This document shows, piece after piece, positions 41,291 through 55,282 of a stretch of DNA of 64,000 bases. The notes below the pieces were generated by a model that saw only the letters and a list, made by a program, of their open reading frames with translations, was not told the DNA's origin and did no database searches. The stretch comes from Octopus vulgaris (taxonomy: Eukaryota). Numbering within the stretch: the stretch's first letter is position 1; each line of letters starts with the position of its first letter. The translations under genes were made by a program, and so were the position numbers. The stretch is taken from positions 37,696,001 to 37,760,000 of the forward strand of contig OX597831.1 of NCBI GenBank assembly GCA_951406725.2. The letters run 5' to 3'.

Positions 41291-41622
41291 TTGCTCTAAT
41301 AAGATTAATAACAACATTTAAATGGGAAATAATCATCCTTTAACCACAGCTTATGATCATGCAGTCCTAAGGGACGTAACCAAATAATGAAGAACATTTT
41401 GTCCTTCGAAGTCCCTAAGTGCTAATTATCTTTCATTGCTCTTAATGCTATTGATTCACATTTCAATTTACTGGTGTATTTAGTTGTAAAATCATCAGTT
41501 ACATGAAACTGAGATATCTTTTGATGATAGTGTAGTACATGACGGTCACCTATTGCCTACCCTGAGTAATTACAGACGGCACCTGCCTGCTATAAATGGA
41601 GAATAGATAGTATATGTTTTCA

Positions 41623-41788
41623 ATGCAGGAGTGTCTGTGGGGTAAGTAGCTTCCTTAACAACCGACATGGTTCCGGGTTTAGTCCCACTGCGTGGCACCT
41701 TGTGTAAGTGTCTTTTACTATAGCCTGGGGCCGACCAACTCCGTGTGAGTGGATTTGGTAGACGGAAACGGAAAGAAACTCGTCGTGC

Positions 41789-41859
<71 letters not shown>

Positions 41860-42983
41860 AGACCAAAAGTATACTTACATCACTATATGTATATATAAAA
41901 AATCAAAACAAAAAATGGAACGAGACTGTAACAGCGAGAAGAAAACATTCAGACAATAGGTGATACAAAAAAGAATATAAACATGGATGGGACATTCGGA
42001 GCTTTCAATCTGTAGTCGAGAAGAAGATCGTCTTTTGCAGTTTCAGCCTGTTAATCTTGAGACTGCTCTAATCTGGCCGGCCCCAAGGAAATCCAAGCTA
42101 AAAGCATTATATTCTTTGGAAAAAGCAAGCGAACGGATACGAAAAGGACGAAAAGAAAAAAACGGAGGGATAGTACGCAATTGGAAATACAAACAACAGG
42201 ACATTAACAACAGGTGTCTTTCGACTAAGGACGAATTAATTTTAAGCTGGCGTGGTGTATATATGTTTGTGTATCTGTTTTTCTCCTCCTGACATCGCTT
42301 GACAACCGATGCTGATGCCTTAACGTCCCCGTAACCTTCATCATCATTCATTATTGTTCGACCGTGGTCGAGACAATGGAATTTGCCATGCTACGCCAGA
42401 CTTCACGGTCCATTATGGCATTACGGAGGTCCTGTTGCTGGATGCCTGTATCCCTGGAGATTACATCAGGGTAGGAGAGTGTGCGCTGTCTGGTATTGCG
42501 AGTAGAAAGCTTCCAGAGGAGAAGAGTAGAAATTACTTCTTTTTTCAGCTCTACAACAATGTCCTGCAAACTGGACTCTCCTACCTTTCACCAGTGATGA
42601 CACAGGTGGTAGTTTCCCATATATTTGCATTTTGGTTGGATGGCGCTTCCACGAGAGATTGTGAGCTTTCATAATCAGGCGAGTGTAGGTTCGATCCAAC
42701 CGCCTCTCAAGCTTCTTTGATAACATCCAGGTTTCTGAGCCATATAGTAGAATTGGTTCGACTGTGGCTTTGAAGATTTCAAGTTTGAAGTCTCTACTTA
42801 GCTTTGATGACCAGATCTTATGCATGTCATTACATGCATTACCTTAGCGGTTCGACAAAAGAGAACGATAGAATAAGTACTAGGCTTACGACGAATAAGT
42901 CCTGGGGTAGATTTGCTCGACTAAATGCCGTGCTCCAACATGGCCGCAGTCAAATGACTGAAACAAATAAAAAGAATAAAAGA
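41623..42983 (+). mobile_element. SINE family A split by two nested insertions
   Basis: Head 41623-41790, (TA)n, insert ~41858-42255, body 42258-42338, RTE insert, tail 42841-42983. Confidence 0.8.
42339..42840 (-). mobile_element. RTE-clade LINE 3' fragment
   Basis: KIWSSKLSRDFKLEIFKATVEPILLYGSETW..LERRLD.TYTRL..GRRVQFAGHC; (TGA)n tail; ACCTT duplicated at 42334-42338 and 42841-42845. Confidence 0.88.
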
Positions 42984-43002
42984 AAGTTACATATGGACAC
43001 AG

Positions 43003-43745
43003 GACAGCGATCTGGCAGAACCATTAGCACACCGGGCAAAATGTTTAGCGGCATTCCGTCGGCCAGTATGTTCTGGGTTCAAATTCCTCCGAGGTCGACC
43101 TCGCCTTTCATCCTTTAGGAGTCGATAAACTAAGTACCAGTGAAGCGCTGAGGTTGATATAGTCGACTACTCCCTCAATTTCAGGCCCTGTACCTTTAGT
43201 GGAAAGGATATTACATAATATAAGTTCGATTTTTTCACATTTCAATTCACTGTCGTACCGGTATCTCATTTATAAAATCTTCAGTTACATGGAACATTTT
43301 CTAATGGAAATTTCAATATTTCCCTCTAACCTCAACTAAATCTTAAACCGTTCTTGTAAGAATTATATTTTCAAGATTGCTATAAATGAACAATAGACTG
43401 TATATGTTTTCAATGTTTCATACAAACATACGGCAGCGAGCTGGTAGAATCGTTAGCGCACCGGACAAAATACTTTTTCGTCCATCTTCACGGTCTGAGT
43501 TCAATATTTCAACAAGGTCGTCTTTGCCTTTCATCCTTTCAGCAACAATAAAATAAGTACCAGTCATGCACCGTGATCAATGTATATGACCAAACCTCTC
43601 CCTCTGTATTTCAAGCCTTCTACCTAGAATGAAAACGAATATTATGCACTGATATATGTGTTCAAATCCCACCGAGGTTGACTTTACTGTTCATCCTTTC
43701 ATGTTCGTTAAAATATGTACCCGTTGATTTTTGGAGTTGATACAA
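43003..43745 (+). mobile_element. Cluster of three SINE family B copies/fragments
   Basis: GAGGTCGAC..CCTTTCATCCTTT cores near 43090, 43515 and 43675. Confidence 0.75.
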
Positions 43746-43749
43746 TATG

Positions 43750-43950
43750 TGTGTGTGTGTGTGTGTGTGTGTCTCCAGCATCGCTTGACAACCGATGCTG
43801 GTATGTTTACATCCCCGTAACCTAGCGGTTCGGCAAAAGAGACCGATAGAATAGGCTTACAAAGAATAAGTCCTGGGGTTGATTTGCTCGACAAAAGGCG
43901 GTGTTCCAGCATGACCACAGTCAAAATGACTGAAACAATTAAAAGAGTAA
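43750..43950 (+). mobile_element. SINE family A, 3' half
   Basis: Tail match. Confidence 0.82.
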
Positions 43951-44059
43951 AGTTTGTTTTGCATCCATTCTTGGATTGTGTAAGCCTCGCTGGAAGGTAC
44001 CTGAGCCTTATTGAAATACGTATAAATTTCTCCCGAGTAACCCATCCATCTATCCACCT

Positions 44060-44760
44060 CTTTCCAGCACCTAGACGTATATATAACATTAAATTTAAGA
44101 CCCCGTGTGGTTGTAGCATGAAATGACCTTCATTACTCCCCCGTCTAAAAACAAACACAGTTACTGGAAACTTAGTGCCCATCACATGAGACATCCAAAG
44201 TTTCTGCATATAACCATCAGTCATATTTTCTGCTAATTGTGTTAGTCTTGGGAGAGATTTTTTTTATAAGTGGTGAACCAAAGCATGCCATGTTCGTGAG
44301 GGAATTTGCCTTTATAAAGTACATGCTTAGCACGGTTAAATAATTTTCTTTAGACTTCGTACACATTAATTGGCCTCTTCTTAGTACACGCTATTTGTAT
44401 CAAATTTTCTCGCGCACAATAGTTTCTGAAAGGCTCCTCCGATAACTCAGAATTTCTTTTGACGATGGACTCCAGTGGTTTTCTAGTATCATCATTAACG
44501 ATGTTCTGAACCAGTTGGATAAATTGCAGTTTGTTTATTGTGGCCGAAAATTTAGAATATCTCTTTCTTTTTTTCTCTGTGATGTATTTGAAATCTACAA
44601 GAATCTTCCAATTACATCCAACTTTCACCACAAAATATCTTGTAAAATTTAGAAACTTGGAAATTTCTGAATCTATGTCTACCACACATTGAGCCAATTT
44701 GACTATAGGATTTTTCATTTCGTTTATTAGTATTTTATCTGCACTGAACTACTCAGTGCA
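44060..44760 (-). mobile_element. Degraded Tc1/mariner-superfamily (maT/rosa-like) transposase
   Basis: VMGTKFPVTVFVF..SNEGHFMLQPH resembles TKFPATVMV.GVVSNEGHVMPPH; upstream QFIQLVQNIVNDDTRKPLESI is HTH-like. Confidence 0.6.
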
Positions 44761-44889
44761 TATGAACAACTAATTAATTTAAACAGCGGAAGGTGCTGGT
44801 AAATAAAGTCCTTAAATATCCTTTGCAGCCTCTCTCATATCCCCTCTCTAACAAACTCACTCACTCTCTTTCTCTCTTTGTATGTATGT

Positions 44890-45159
44890 ATGAAAAACGA
44901 ACCTGAACTAACTATTCTGCCTATATGCCTGTACACACCTTACAATGCCGTGTATGCCATAAAGTCTACAAATCTAATAGAAGTCTCGAAAGACATTTTA
45001 AGATCCACAAAGATCAGAACTTAACTGCAGCTCTCGGTGGTCCAAATCGGATATGCAATCTATGTGGTTGTCTGGTTCAAAATGCCACATCAGACACTGC
45101 TATGAAACTGCAATGTAGGTACAAGAGGTGGGTCAAACTCTGCGGAGGAGACAAACCCC

Positions 45160-45162
<3 letters not shown>
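44890..45162 (+). mobile_element. LINE (RTE-BovB-like) extreme 3' end with C2H2-like finger
   Basis: CRVCHKVYKSNRSLERHFKIH plus a degenerate second CxxC, ending directly in (TA)n; no TGEKP linker. Confidence 0.5.
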
Positions 45163-45204
<42 letters not shown>

Positions 45205-45210
45205 TGTATG

Positions 45211-45272
<62 letters not shown>

Positions 45273-45277
<5 letters not shown>

Positions 45278-45843
45278 TTAACAATTAAGGATAACTTCTT
45301 AATTAGGAATCTTAACAAGAAATTATCAGGTAGATAGCGTGAAAAACCTCATAAGAGAAAAATTTCGAAAATATTTTTTTCTTATTGAACATATTAATTT
45401 ATATTATATAGAGGGCACTATTACACATAAATGCCTCACGCTAAGATTCTTGTTAAGATTCCTTATTAAGAAGTTATCCTTAATTGTTAAATTTATTCCG
45501 AAAAAAACTTTTCCTACCCGAAATGCAGTTGGAAGAAGCCCGCCATTTACCGGATATATGATTTGTAAACTTCTACATGTGCTTCGTTAGAAAGAGCAGT
45601 TGGCTGTTCGACTTCGACGGTACTGGTCGTTTATTTGATATGTTCGGAATCAGTCTTACTGATGAGCATGGACGCAATTTCTACTGCGGTGAGTGCGAAA
45701 TCACAGGTGATATAAGACTAAATTCATTTTTAAATGTCTTGCTTTGAAAAACTGTATTGGGTATGATTAGTAAAATTTTTTTTGGGTGGAAATGACTTAT
45801 GTCCCTCTTAGCGTGAGGCATTTATGTGTAATAGTGCCCTCTA
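45273..45843 (+). mobile_element. Non-coding PLE-like foldback element with two interleaved inverted repeats and a hammerhead ribozyme
   Basis: A 45273-45321 / A' 45446-45495; B 45409-45446 / B' 45806-45843; long (TA)n on both sides. Confidence 0.75.
45652..45719 (+). ncRNA. Type-I hammerhead ribozyme, canonical core
   Basis: AGTCTTA CTGATGA GCA..CGCA..TGCG..TGC GAA ATCAC AG GTGAT A TAAGACT: 7-bp stem I, all core nucleotides present, predicted cleavage after AUA (45712). Confidence 0.85.
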
Positions 45844-45844
45844 G

Positions 45845-45988
<144 letters not shown>

Positions 45989-48053
45989 TGAAAAGTTATT
46001 TGCCGATACAAGTGCTACCAGTTGAAAGCTCCGCATAGCGGACACTTAGAGGCTTATGATGCCATCAGGAACAAAAGTCCGCCATTTAGGGTTTTTCCTC
46101 TGGACTGCATTAGTGTATACCAACCCTCCTTACTGATCAAATTCTACATCAACTTACTTGGTAGATCAACTGATTTCTAGACTTCGCTCAATATTCTTCT
46201 AGTAGCCTGGGTATCACTATGATGCTATTTCCTTTAGGATTACTTAACCCTAGTGACAATAATGATTGACTCACACAGTTTCAAAGAACCCTCTACACCA
46301 CCACATTCACTGGATAACGCTGTTTTTCAGCCTGCGTCTTCACATTTCTCAAGGAGCGATTGAAATTGGCCATTTTCCAGTCCACGCGGAATCTATTATT
46401 TTCAAGAGGAATCGTTAACTTGACTGGCTGCGCTTTCTTTTTCTCACACTCTATATCTGGTTTCTTTGGAAATGGATTGGTAGTATCCTGGTGTTTTTGC
46501 TATCACTTCCTAGTAGCTGTTCCATCTTTCGACGTTCGCAGGAAGCTTCCTCTTCAAATAGATCCACTGTCATGGAAGATGCATGAAAGTATATTGAAAT
46601 CTGTGGCTGATACCTTATGTGGTTCCCTGTATCTGATGATTAGGGCAATTTAGTTCTTTGCAGCTTTGAAGAGGACCTTACGCGCTCACACACACACACG
46701 TGTGTGTGTGCGTGTGTGGATGTGTCGGTGTGTGTGTATCTGCGCGTCTCCATGTAATATATATATATATATGTATTAGAGGTACATATTAAATTTTTAC
46801 GATATATATGCACATGTATATAGAGACACACACACAGATACCCCCACACGCGTACATATACATACATTCCTACGTACGAATATATATGAGTATGTCAAAA
46901 TATGCAACTATACACGAGAATACATAAAGCAAAAACTACAAAATTGCACATATACATACATACATTGAAATTCCAATGGAACCTTTAATTCTATGTTGGA
47001 AACCGGCTCTTTCTCTATTAGCAAGAAATCTTGAAAGAAAACTGAAAAATGATAAACATACACACATATATATATATACAAGCATACATACACACACATA
47101 CATACATACATACACACAGACATTCATACATACATACATTCATTCATAAATACATACATATATGCCTACATACATTCATACATACATGCATTCATACATA
47201 CATACATACATACATACATACATACATACATACATACATACATACATACATACATGCATACATACATACATACATACATACATACACAAGCTGAAACTGG
47301 GAAGGAGGGAGACTTGAATTTCGTAAAACCGAACAGAAATAGCAGCCAAAAAGCTGTCCATCAAATCATACATTTGCATAGACATGAAAGTAAAAAAAAC
47401 AACAACAACCCAAAGTCACAGATATATGTCTGCCTTAATTAACAACGTAAAGTGTTTTCTGTTCATTATATTCAGATAAAATTTTGAACGAACGAATGCA
47501 GATTCGATAATTTGATAACGCACAATTTGTTTGATAATCTTCCAATATTAACGAAGCATAAGGGTTAAACTGAGAACTTAGCTTTTAAAATGTGAATATA
47601 ATTTGTTGATTCTTTTACATTCATTCATTTGCTCAGCTTGATCAAACAGGATATTTTCAAGATTCATTTATAAGTATTTCCTTTTCTATAGGATTCATAA
47701 AATTGCATTTTAGAAAAGAGAGAAATCTTGTTGGCACTTGTTATATTTGTTGTAGATGATATTCACCCTAATGGATCTGCATACAAGGTTCCTTTTGTAG
47801 CGAAAGACTTCCACTATGAACATGTATCTAGATTCACAAACAATATATCAATATTAATCCAGTAATTATGTAGATTTGCCATTCAGTGCGCAGAGAAGCG
47901 TCATTCAATCTCATCGCATGCATAATTAGCATTAAGTGTACGCAGTCCTTCTTCTCTCTCAAGCACTCTCTCCCTCTCTGTCTCTATCCCTCAGTCTCTC
48001 TCACTCTCCATATATATATATATATATACATACATACATATATATATGTATGT

Positions 48054-48117
<64 letters not shown>

Positions 48118-48394
48118 GTATGTATATATATATATAGGTTTCACCCACTCACTCTCTGCATCGTCCACTCAGAATCTTTTGTCTTGCATTCATTGTTTCA
48201 TTTATCTGTATGCCTTTCACTCACTTTCATTCTGTTTCGCAAACTTGTATCTTTACTGCAAGAAACTTTATCATCCTCCTCTTCATATTTCATTGTTATC
48301 GTCTTCAAACTATCACGCACGTACAGCTAAACGTCATTAACTGCATGATCATACATGAATTACATGCCTATGATATATTATACAGCATATATAT

Positions 48395-48426
<32 letters not shown>

Positions 48427-48783
48427 GTGTGTGTATATAAGTATATATGTATCTATATTCATATATATATATATGTATTAGTTATTATATGAGAGATCAA
48501 TATATAGCGATTTCTGAAAAAAATGTAACCTGTCAGAATCGAAAGCTAAAATTCAAAGACCTAATTGTCCAACAATTCCTTTGGCATAATTATGCTATAT
48601 TGCATAAAGTATTCATCAGTCGTGAAACCACCTGTAGAGACCGCTTCGAATTCCATATTAGCATATGCACTCTCTGCAAATATCATACCTATGTATGTAT
48701 GTATGTATGTATGTATGTATTTATGTACGTAGATATGTTTACATGTATGCATATATGTACCTACATACGCACATGTATATGTA

Positions 48784-48829
<46 letters not shown>

Positions 48830-49014
48830 AATATCACTTTCTCTATTTGACACTATTTAAATTAATTTCCGTTGTATTCCTTCATATTATTAATCCGAAT
48901 TTAACTGAAATTGTTTTGTGTTATTCATCTATTGTCCAATCGTTCGTACTGTCTTCCTTATTTCACCACTTTTCTCCTATTTTCATTGCTATGTAAATCT
49001 CTCCCTTTGTCTCT

Positions 49015-49058
<44 letters not shown>

Positions 49059-49710
49059 GTCTTTGTCTTGTCATTCTCACACAAAATAATCTACAATTAA
49101 GCAACGAATGAGACGCCCATTAGATAAATAAATAGATATATTTATTTCTCCGTTTCACTCAGGCACACAAAATTCTCTAAACTCCCTCACAATGTACAAG
49201 GTCCTTTTAGTTTCCATACAGATAGAGGACATTATTTAGATTTCAAATGCGTGTTGAACACTGTTATGCAAATATAACATTTTTAAGCCTTACGTTATCA
49301 AATCCTAGCTTTTGATTGTGTTAAATATTAATACATACTGGTGCATTAGGTCTCACATCAGGACAAACTGTTTTATTCTATACTACAGCATATACCAGTA
49401 ACAAAAACAACTCCATTGTAGGCAGTCACCTTGGCCTCTACTACTCCCAGCTAGTCATGCACATTATTCCCCCCACGGTGACATCTACGGCCACAAATCA
49501 ATATTTTAATATGATTAACGCTGCTATCACACTCGCTGGACAAAGCAGGGTCACTGCCCCATTAACAATCTATATAAACTCATATTTCTCAAATCTATTC
49601 TTCTGACAATAGGCTAGTAAGCATGAAATAGAAAGATTGCTTAATTATTGTGATTGCATTGTTAGAAACTCTCTTCCTTTCCTTTTACGCTTGTTATTTA
49701 ACCATCATTG

Positions 49711-49780
<70 letters not shown>

Positions 49781-50054
49781 AAATGATGCGTTATAATACT
49801 ATTCCACAGCCATTACAACAATCCAATAATACACTTCCATATATACAAAAACAGCCATACCAACAATCCAACATACCTCCATCATCAGCTGCCCTACGGA
49901 TATCATTACCGGTTTCGACACCTGGGCAGTTCCATTCAATCCGGTGGTATCAACAGCACTAAAATAAATATTGCTTGGGAACAAACAAGCCAAAGAAAGC
50001 AAAACTTTCAAAGTCATTTACCCTATGTACAGCCGCATCGGTATATACATTCAA

Positions 50055-50288
50055 GAAGGCGGAGAGCTGGCAGAAACGTTAGCACGTCGGGCGAAATGCT
50101 TAGCGGTATTTCGTCTGACATTACGTTGTGAGTTCAAATTCCGCCGAGGTCGACTTTATCTTTCATCCTTTCGGGGTCGATAAATTAAGTACCAGTTACG
50201 CTCTGGGGTCGATGTAATCGACTTAATACTTATGTATGTCCTTGTTTGTCCCCTCTATGTTTAGCCCCTTGTGGGTAATAAAGAAATA
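50055..50288 (+). mobile_element. Full-length monomeric SINE family B
   Basis: 15-bp TSD GGTATATACATTCAA (50040-50054, 50289-50303); B box GAGTTCAAATTCC. Confidence 0.92.
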
Positions 50289-50487
50289 GGTATATACATT
50301 CAATAAGTAAATTACAACCAACTCCTAAATACATAATTAAAGAGCGACAAATCTATTAAGTCATACAAATATAATCCCTAGCGTCTGATTTAGTATAATA
50401 CAAGAGTGAAAGCTTAATAACCAAGTTCATTCATCCAATCAATTTATAGGCAGTATTAAACACTAACTTTAATTATATATATATATG

Positions 50488-50574
<87 letters not shown>

Positions 50575-50586
50575 CCAGGGATTTAT

Positions 50587-50678
<92 letters not shown>

Positions 50679-50836
50679 TAAATATACATATTAATAATTA
50701 TATACATAATTATAACAAAGGATTTATTGTAATATATATATACATATATATATATATATTCATTCATACGCACACACATATAGAGAAAGACCGGTAGATA
50801 GATAGATAGATACATACATACATACACACATACACA

Positions 50837-50868
<32 letters not shown>

Positions 50869-52140
50869 GATGTGGGTGACTACGTATCTGCTATATTTCA
50901 TTAAACGATGTTTATCTTCTTGATTTATCGATTGTTTTAGAATTTTCCCATTTAAACTTTGCAGTTGGCTTCGAACGTTTTATTCCTAAATTCATATCAG
51001 ACATTTCCAGAATCCCGAATCAGAAATATCACAGATAAACTATATATATATATAAACTGGTGAATTCAGATGCACACACACACACACACATATAGATAGA
51101 TATATATGTACATATATATATATGAATTCCCCAGTTTATTCATATATTCGCAGAGGATAACTTATATAGCAACTGAACATATTGAACTTCAACTAGTGAC
51201 ATGTATCGCAGATATATGTCCGTGGACTTCCAATGTCATTTGTGCCATCTGGGAAGCCAGATATATGAGAATTAGTGTTGGGGACATTTTTTAATCTATG
51301 TTCGCAATTTGAGGCTAATTCAGTTGCCATTAGTTTATATTGCAGCTGTAATCCTTCTATGTAGCTCCAGGTAGTTCTAAATCTTGGAGCTTCGATCAAA
51401 CATTCTGTATCAATAAACACATGTAATTATAATGGATTATTAAGTGTTATGTTCAAAGGATTTATAATCTTGAGCACGTTGAGAATTTATCAAGGGTTGC
51501 ATTAAAGAAAGGGGATTACAAATTGAAAGAGAGTTGACTGATAATTCTAGCTTTCACGTAGGTTTAGACAAATAAATTGTAATTCAATCTAAACGGTTAG
51601 ATCGGAAAGCAATGAAAAAACTACAAACTGAACGCTGTCTATCTGCAAACTTAACTTCAGTCAACAATATGATATATTGTATAATATTATAAACATTGCC
51701 AATATTATGATGCAGTAATGTTATGAAAACAAAAGAAAATCTTTTTACATATACTTATTAAGCTAGAATATCTGTGGACGAAATTAAAATATGTGTAAGT
51801 TTTAAATCATAAGTGAACATAGCTAAAAGAAAGTAGATTTAAGAGGTAAGAATCATAAATAATATAACTTTATTCACACAGCAATGCAATTACTCAATAA
51901 ATTTCAAATGGAATTTAAATACCTTTTAGAGTGTGTTTTCAATAAGTTTAATTTATTTTCTGCTTCACATATTTGAGCAGAGAATAACCAATATTTCAAA
52001 TGCACTATAAAACCGTCTGAGGATAATGTCAGGCTTGGTGATATTATTCATAAATATAATTCTTATATATATATCGTGGAAATAAAATAAATGTTGTCAC
52101 AAGTGAAGGTTACGATTTATTTCTGCAATTGAATATAAAT

Positions 52141-52174
<34 letters not shown>

Positions 52175-52222
52175 TTATGTGTATATATATATTATGTACG
52201 TATATATGTATGTAAATATATG

Positions 52223-52309
<87 letters not shown>

Positions 52310-52403
52310 TTATATATTAATATATATAATATATATTATGTGTGTGTGTGTGTGTATAATGCTGAATAATAAAAGCACCACTCACCATATTTAGTTGCAA
52401 TTA

Positions 52404-52620
52404 TACTAACGGGTGCTGGAAAGTTGTCGACTTTAGAGGTATTGTGAAAAACCTGGTTGGAAGTTCAGTCTACCGAATTCTTCTACATGGCTTCGAAAAC
52501 CTGATGGGCCGCTGCAATACGTTTGTGAATCAAAGAGGGGTATATGTTCAATAAAATCACAATTAACTGATCCACCTGTATTTTCTTTTTATCAAATACA
52601 AGAATTTCCAGCACACTCAC
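52404..52620 (+). mobile_element. Internally deleted mariner remnant
   Basis: Imperfect TIRs GGGTGCTGGAAAGTT / AATTTCCAGCACAC; inner sequence resembles the mariner C-terminus G..KL..R..KCV...GxYVE. Confidence 0.55.
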
Positions 52621-52749
52621 AGTTTCATTCGTCTCACGGGTTTCAAGGGTATAGAACAAATCCAAATCTGACTACCAACCTTTAGCGGTTGATAATCAGA
52701 ATAAACAACAATTTAAATACCATTTAAATTGGCTTCTAGTTGTGAGCAT

Positions 52750-53600
52750 TTAGGCTTCTACTGATCAGTTTTTAACCACATGTGTTCATGGAGAATCCCC
52801 ATGTAGTAAATGAGACAAGATGTTGGTGTTAGTCGGCATCCTGTTAAGTCTGAAATTCCCAGGCTAGATGCTACAAGTAGTAAAGCGCACTGATTGTTGG
52901 CATTAATTAATCACCCTTCTGTTAATGGTGATATTTCACCGACAACAATTTAAGAGTAGATAGGAAACCGACTTTATTTTGTTAGGTTACATACGAATTA
53001 GCATGACGAGCCTAAGGAGTTGTAAACTGTAGTCTATATGAACAGCAGGGATTATTTACCCAAGTGTTGTATGTGGGTCATTTTAGGAGGTTCTATATGC
53101 GGGTTCTCAGCGGTTAATGACTTAAAGTTCTTTACGATGTGGTAAAAATAAAATAAGTCTGTCTTCCCATTGGACGTTACTGCCGGTTGGCCGAGTATAA
53201 ACGTTTTGATACAGAGTCGTTATTGGAAATTAAGAGTTTCAGTTCAGCAAGAATTGGCTCTGTCAACGATGATGTTGAGGATGTCGTTTTGTTGTTTCCG
53301 AAGATCCCACGTGAAACTCAACGGGAAGAATGCCTATTGCCTATGCATACTAATGAAGATATGCACGTGTTTCGTCAAACCAGCGTAATGTTTCGAGATG
53401 ATATCGGATGGTGTTAGTTAGAATGGTTGTAGAAACTACAGAATTCTTAGGGAGACGATCCTGTAAAAGACCAATTAAATGTGAACAAATACAGTGCAGG
53501 CTTTCCGGTGAAACCTGCATTGACGCTTGCTTATTTCTCTCATAACGTACAATGCTGGAAGCCATATTTTCTAATCATGACTAACCAATCTTAACATTAT
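52750..53600 (-). mobile_element. Highly degraded LINE RT (Ingi/Vingi-like)
   Basis: Traces QAGF, xLPKNSVVSTT (GLPQGSV-like), HLG, GCRLTPTSCLIYYMGI (GCLxPTP..L..LAGI-like) in the expected order; many stops. Confidence 0.4.
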
Positions 53601-53911
53601 GGAAATTATGATGTTGCTGGTATTATTGAATATGTTCTAATTAATGTTGGAATGCTCCTAGAGATGGAAAAATTGAATAAGTGATTGAGTTGGAGAGTTT
53701 GGATTTTCAATGAATATAAACTGTTTTCTCGTTGATATTTCTGTAGGGGGCAGTACCTGTCTGTCTCGACGTAAAGCGCTACTTTTCGCAAGTCGATCTT
53801 TCTCGCGTTGGTAGTAACAGTTATAGTGAGGCAAAATTTAAGAATTATTACAGCGTAATGATTCATACGGCTTCAGATCACCAGGGCCTCATCAATGTAC
53901 AGCCCTGAACA

Positions 53912-54232
53912 GGTGCGTGGCTTAGTGATTAGGGTACTCGGCTCGCGATCTTAAGGTCGTGAGCTCAGTTCCCGGCGATGCGTTGTGTCCTGGAGTAAGA
54001 CACTTTATTTCCCGTTGCTCCAGTCCACTCAGTTTGCCAAAATGAGTTGTACCTGTAATTCAAAGAGCCAGCCTCGTTACACTCTGTGTGACGCTGTATC
54101 ACACTGAGAACTACGTTAAGGTTAAACGTGTCTGCGAGGTACTCGGCCACTTGCACGTTAATTTCTCGGGCAATCTGTTCCGTTGATCGTATCAGCAGGG
54201 ACCCTCCTCGTCGTCATAACCGACGTAGTGCT
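53912..54232 (+). mobile_element. tRNA-derived SINE, family D
   Basis: A box TGGCTTAGTGA, B-box-like GAGCTCAGTTCC, then TTGTGTCCTGGAGTAAGACACTTT..CTCCAGTCCACTCAG. Confidence 0.8.
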
Positions 54233-54828
54233 CCTTTGTTTGTAGATGCAACCAGCAAATGAGAGCTTATAGGTCCAGCACGGAGCACACACATCGATGG
54301 ACAATCGAAATTGAGAAAGAAATACTATGCGTGTGTGTGTGTGTGAGTGTGAGTGTGTGTGAGTGTCTGTGTGTGTGTGTGAGTGTGTGTGTAAATGCAT
54401 ATGTATGCCGTATTAATTGACGATTTAATGTTTTGTTGTCTGATTAGCGTTGGCACAGGTGTGCCTGCCTTCATCCGTGCGATCGTGAGAATGCGTGGTA
54501 TATTTGCATATATATGGTACATCCGAGTCTAATGTGGGTGAGAGTGTTTGTTTTGTGCTAAGTACGTGAGCCTTACGGATATTACACATGCGCATACGCC
54601 ATCACAGAGGAATTGCGTTGTATGTGAAACCCTGTGTAAGCGTGCATATATCGTCGTGTATATTGTATGTGTGATTTAGTGGTGGTGCACGTTTGCGCTG
54701 GTTGGATTCTTTGATATCAGTTGGTATATGCGCGAGCGTACGCAATGGTGATTGCGTTTATATGCGTCTATACTACAAGCGAGCGTGGCGATATTATATA
54801 TGTATGAAAACATAGAAAGTCAGACAAA

Positions 54829-54872
<44 letters not shown>

Positions 54873-55236
54873 CACACACACATTCATATTTAAATGTTTC
54901 TCTCAATTATTTTAAAAGAAGCATGTGACAAAAGTATTAAGAAGCGAGTAAACAATGTTCAGATACGTATTCCTATTCTCTGCATGCAATGTCGAAATGT
55001 TTAACTAATACCAGTTATTTCTATAGTATAGATAGAGAGCTATAATTGCGTCTGAAGGATGGTATATAGATGCATAAATACGCACACGAAATACATGCAA
55101 TTATACCTGTACACACACACACACACAATTATGTGACAATGTTTCAACAAGCAGAATAGCAATCAATTAGCTAAGAGATTAAAGGCAATATTATAATAAA
55201 AACCACACGTCTTAACAAGAGTTGTGGTTTATATAC

Positions 55237-55282
<46 letters not shown>

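Noticed and set aside
44925-45160. Host C2H2 zinc-finger gene
   Set aside because: Single finger, no TGEKP linkers, runs into (TA)n; better explained as a LINE 3' end
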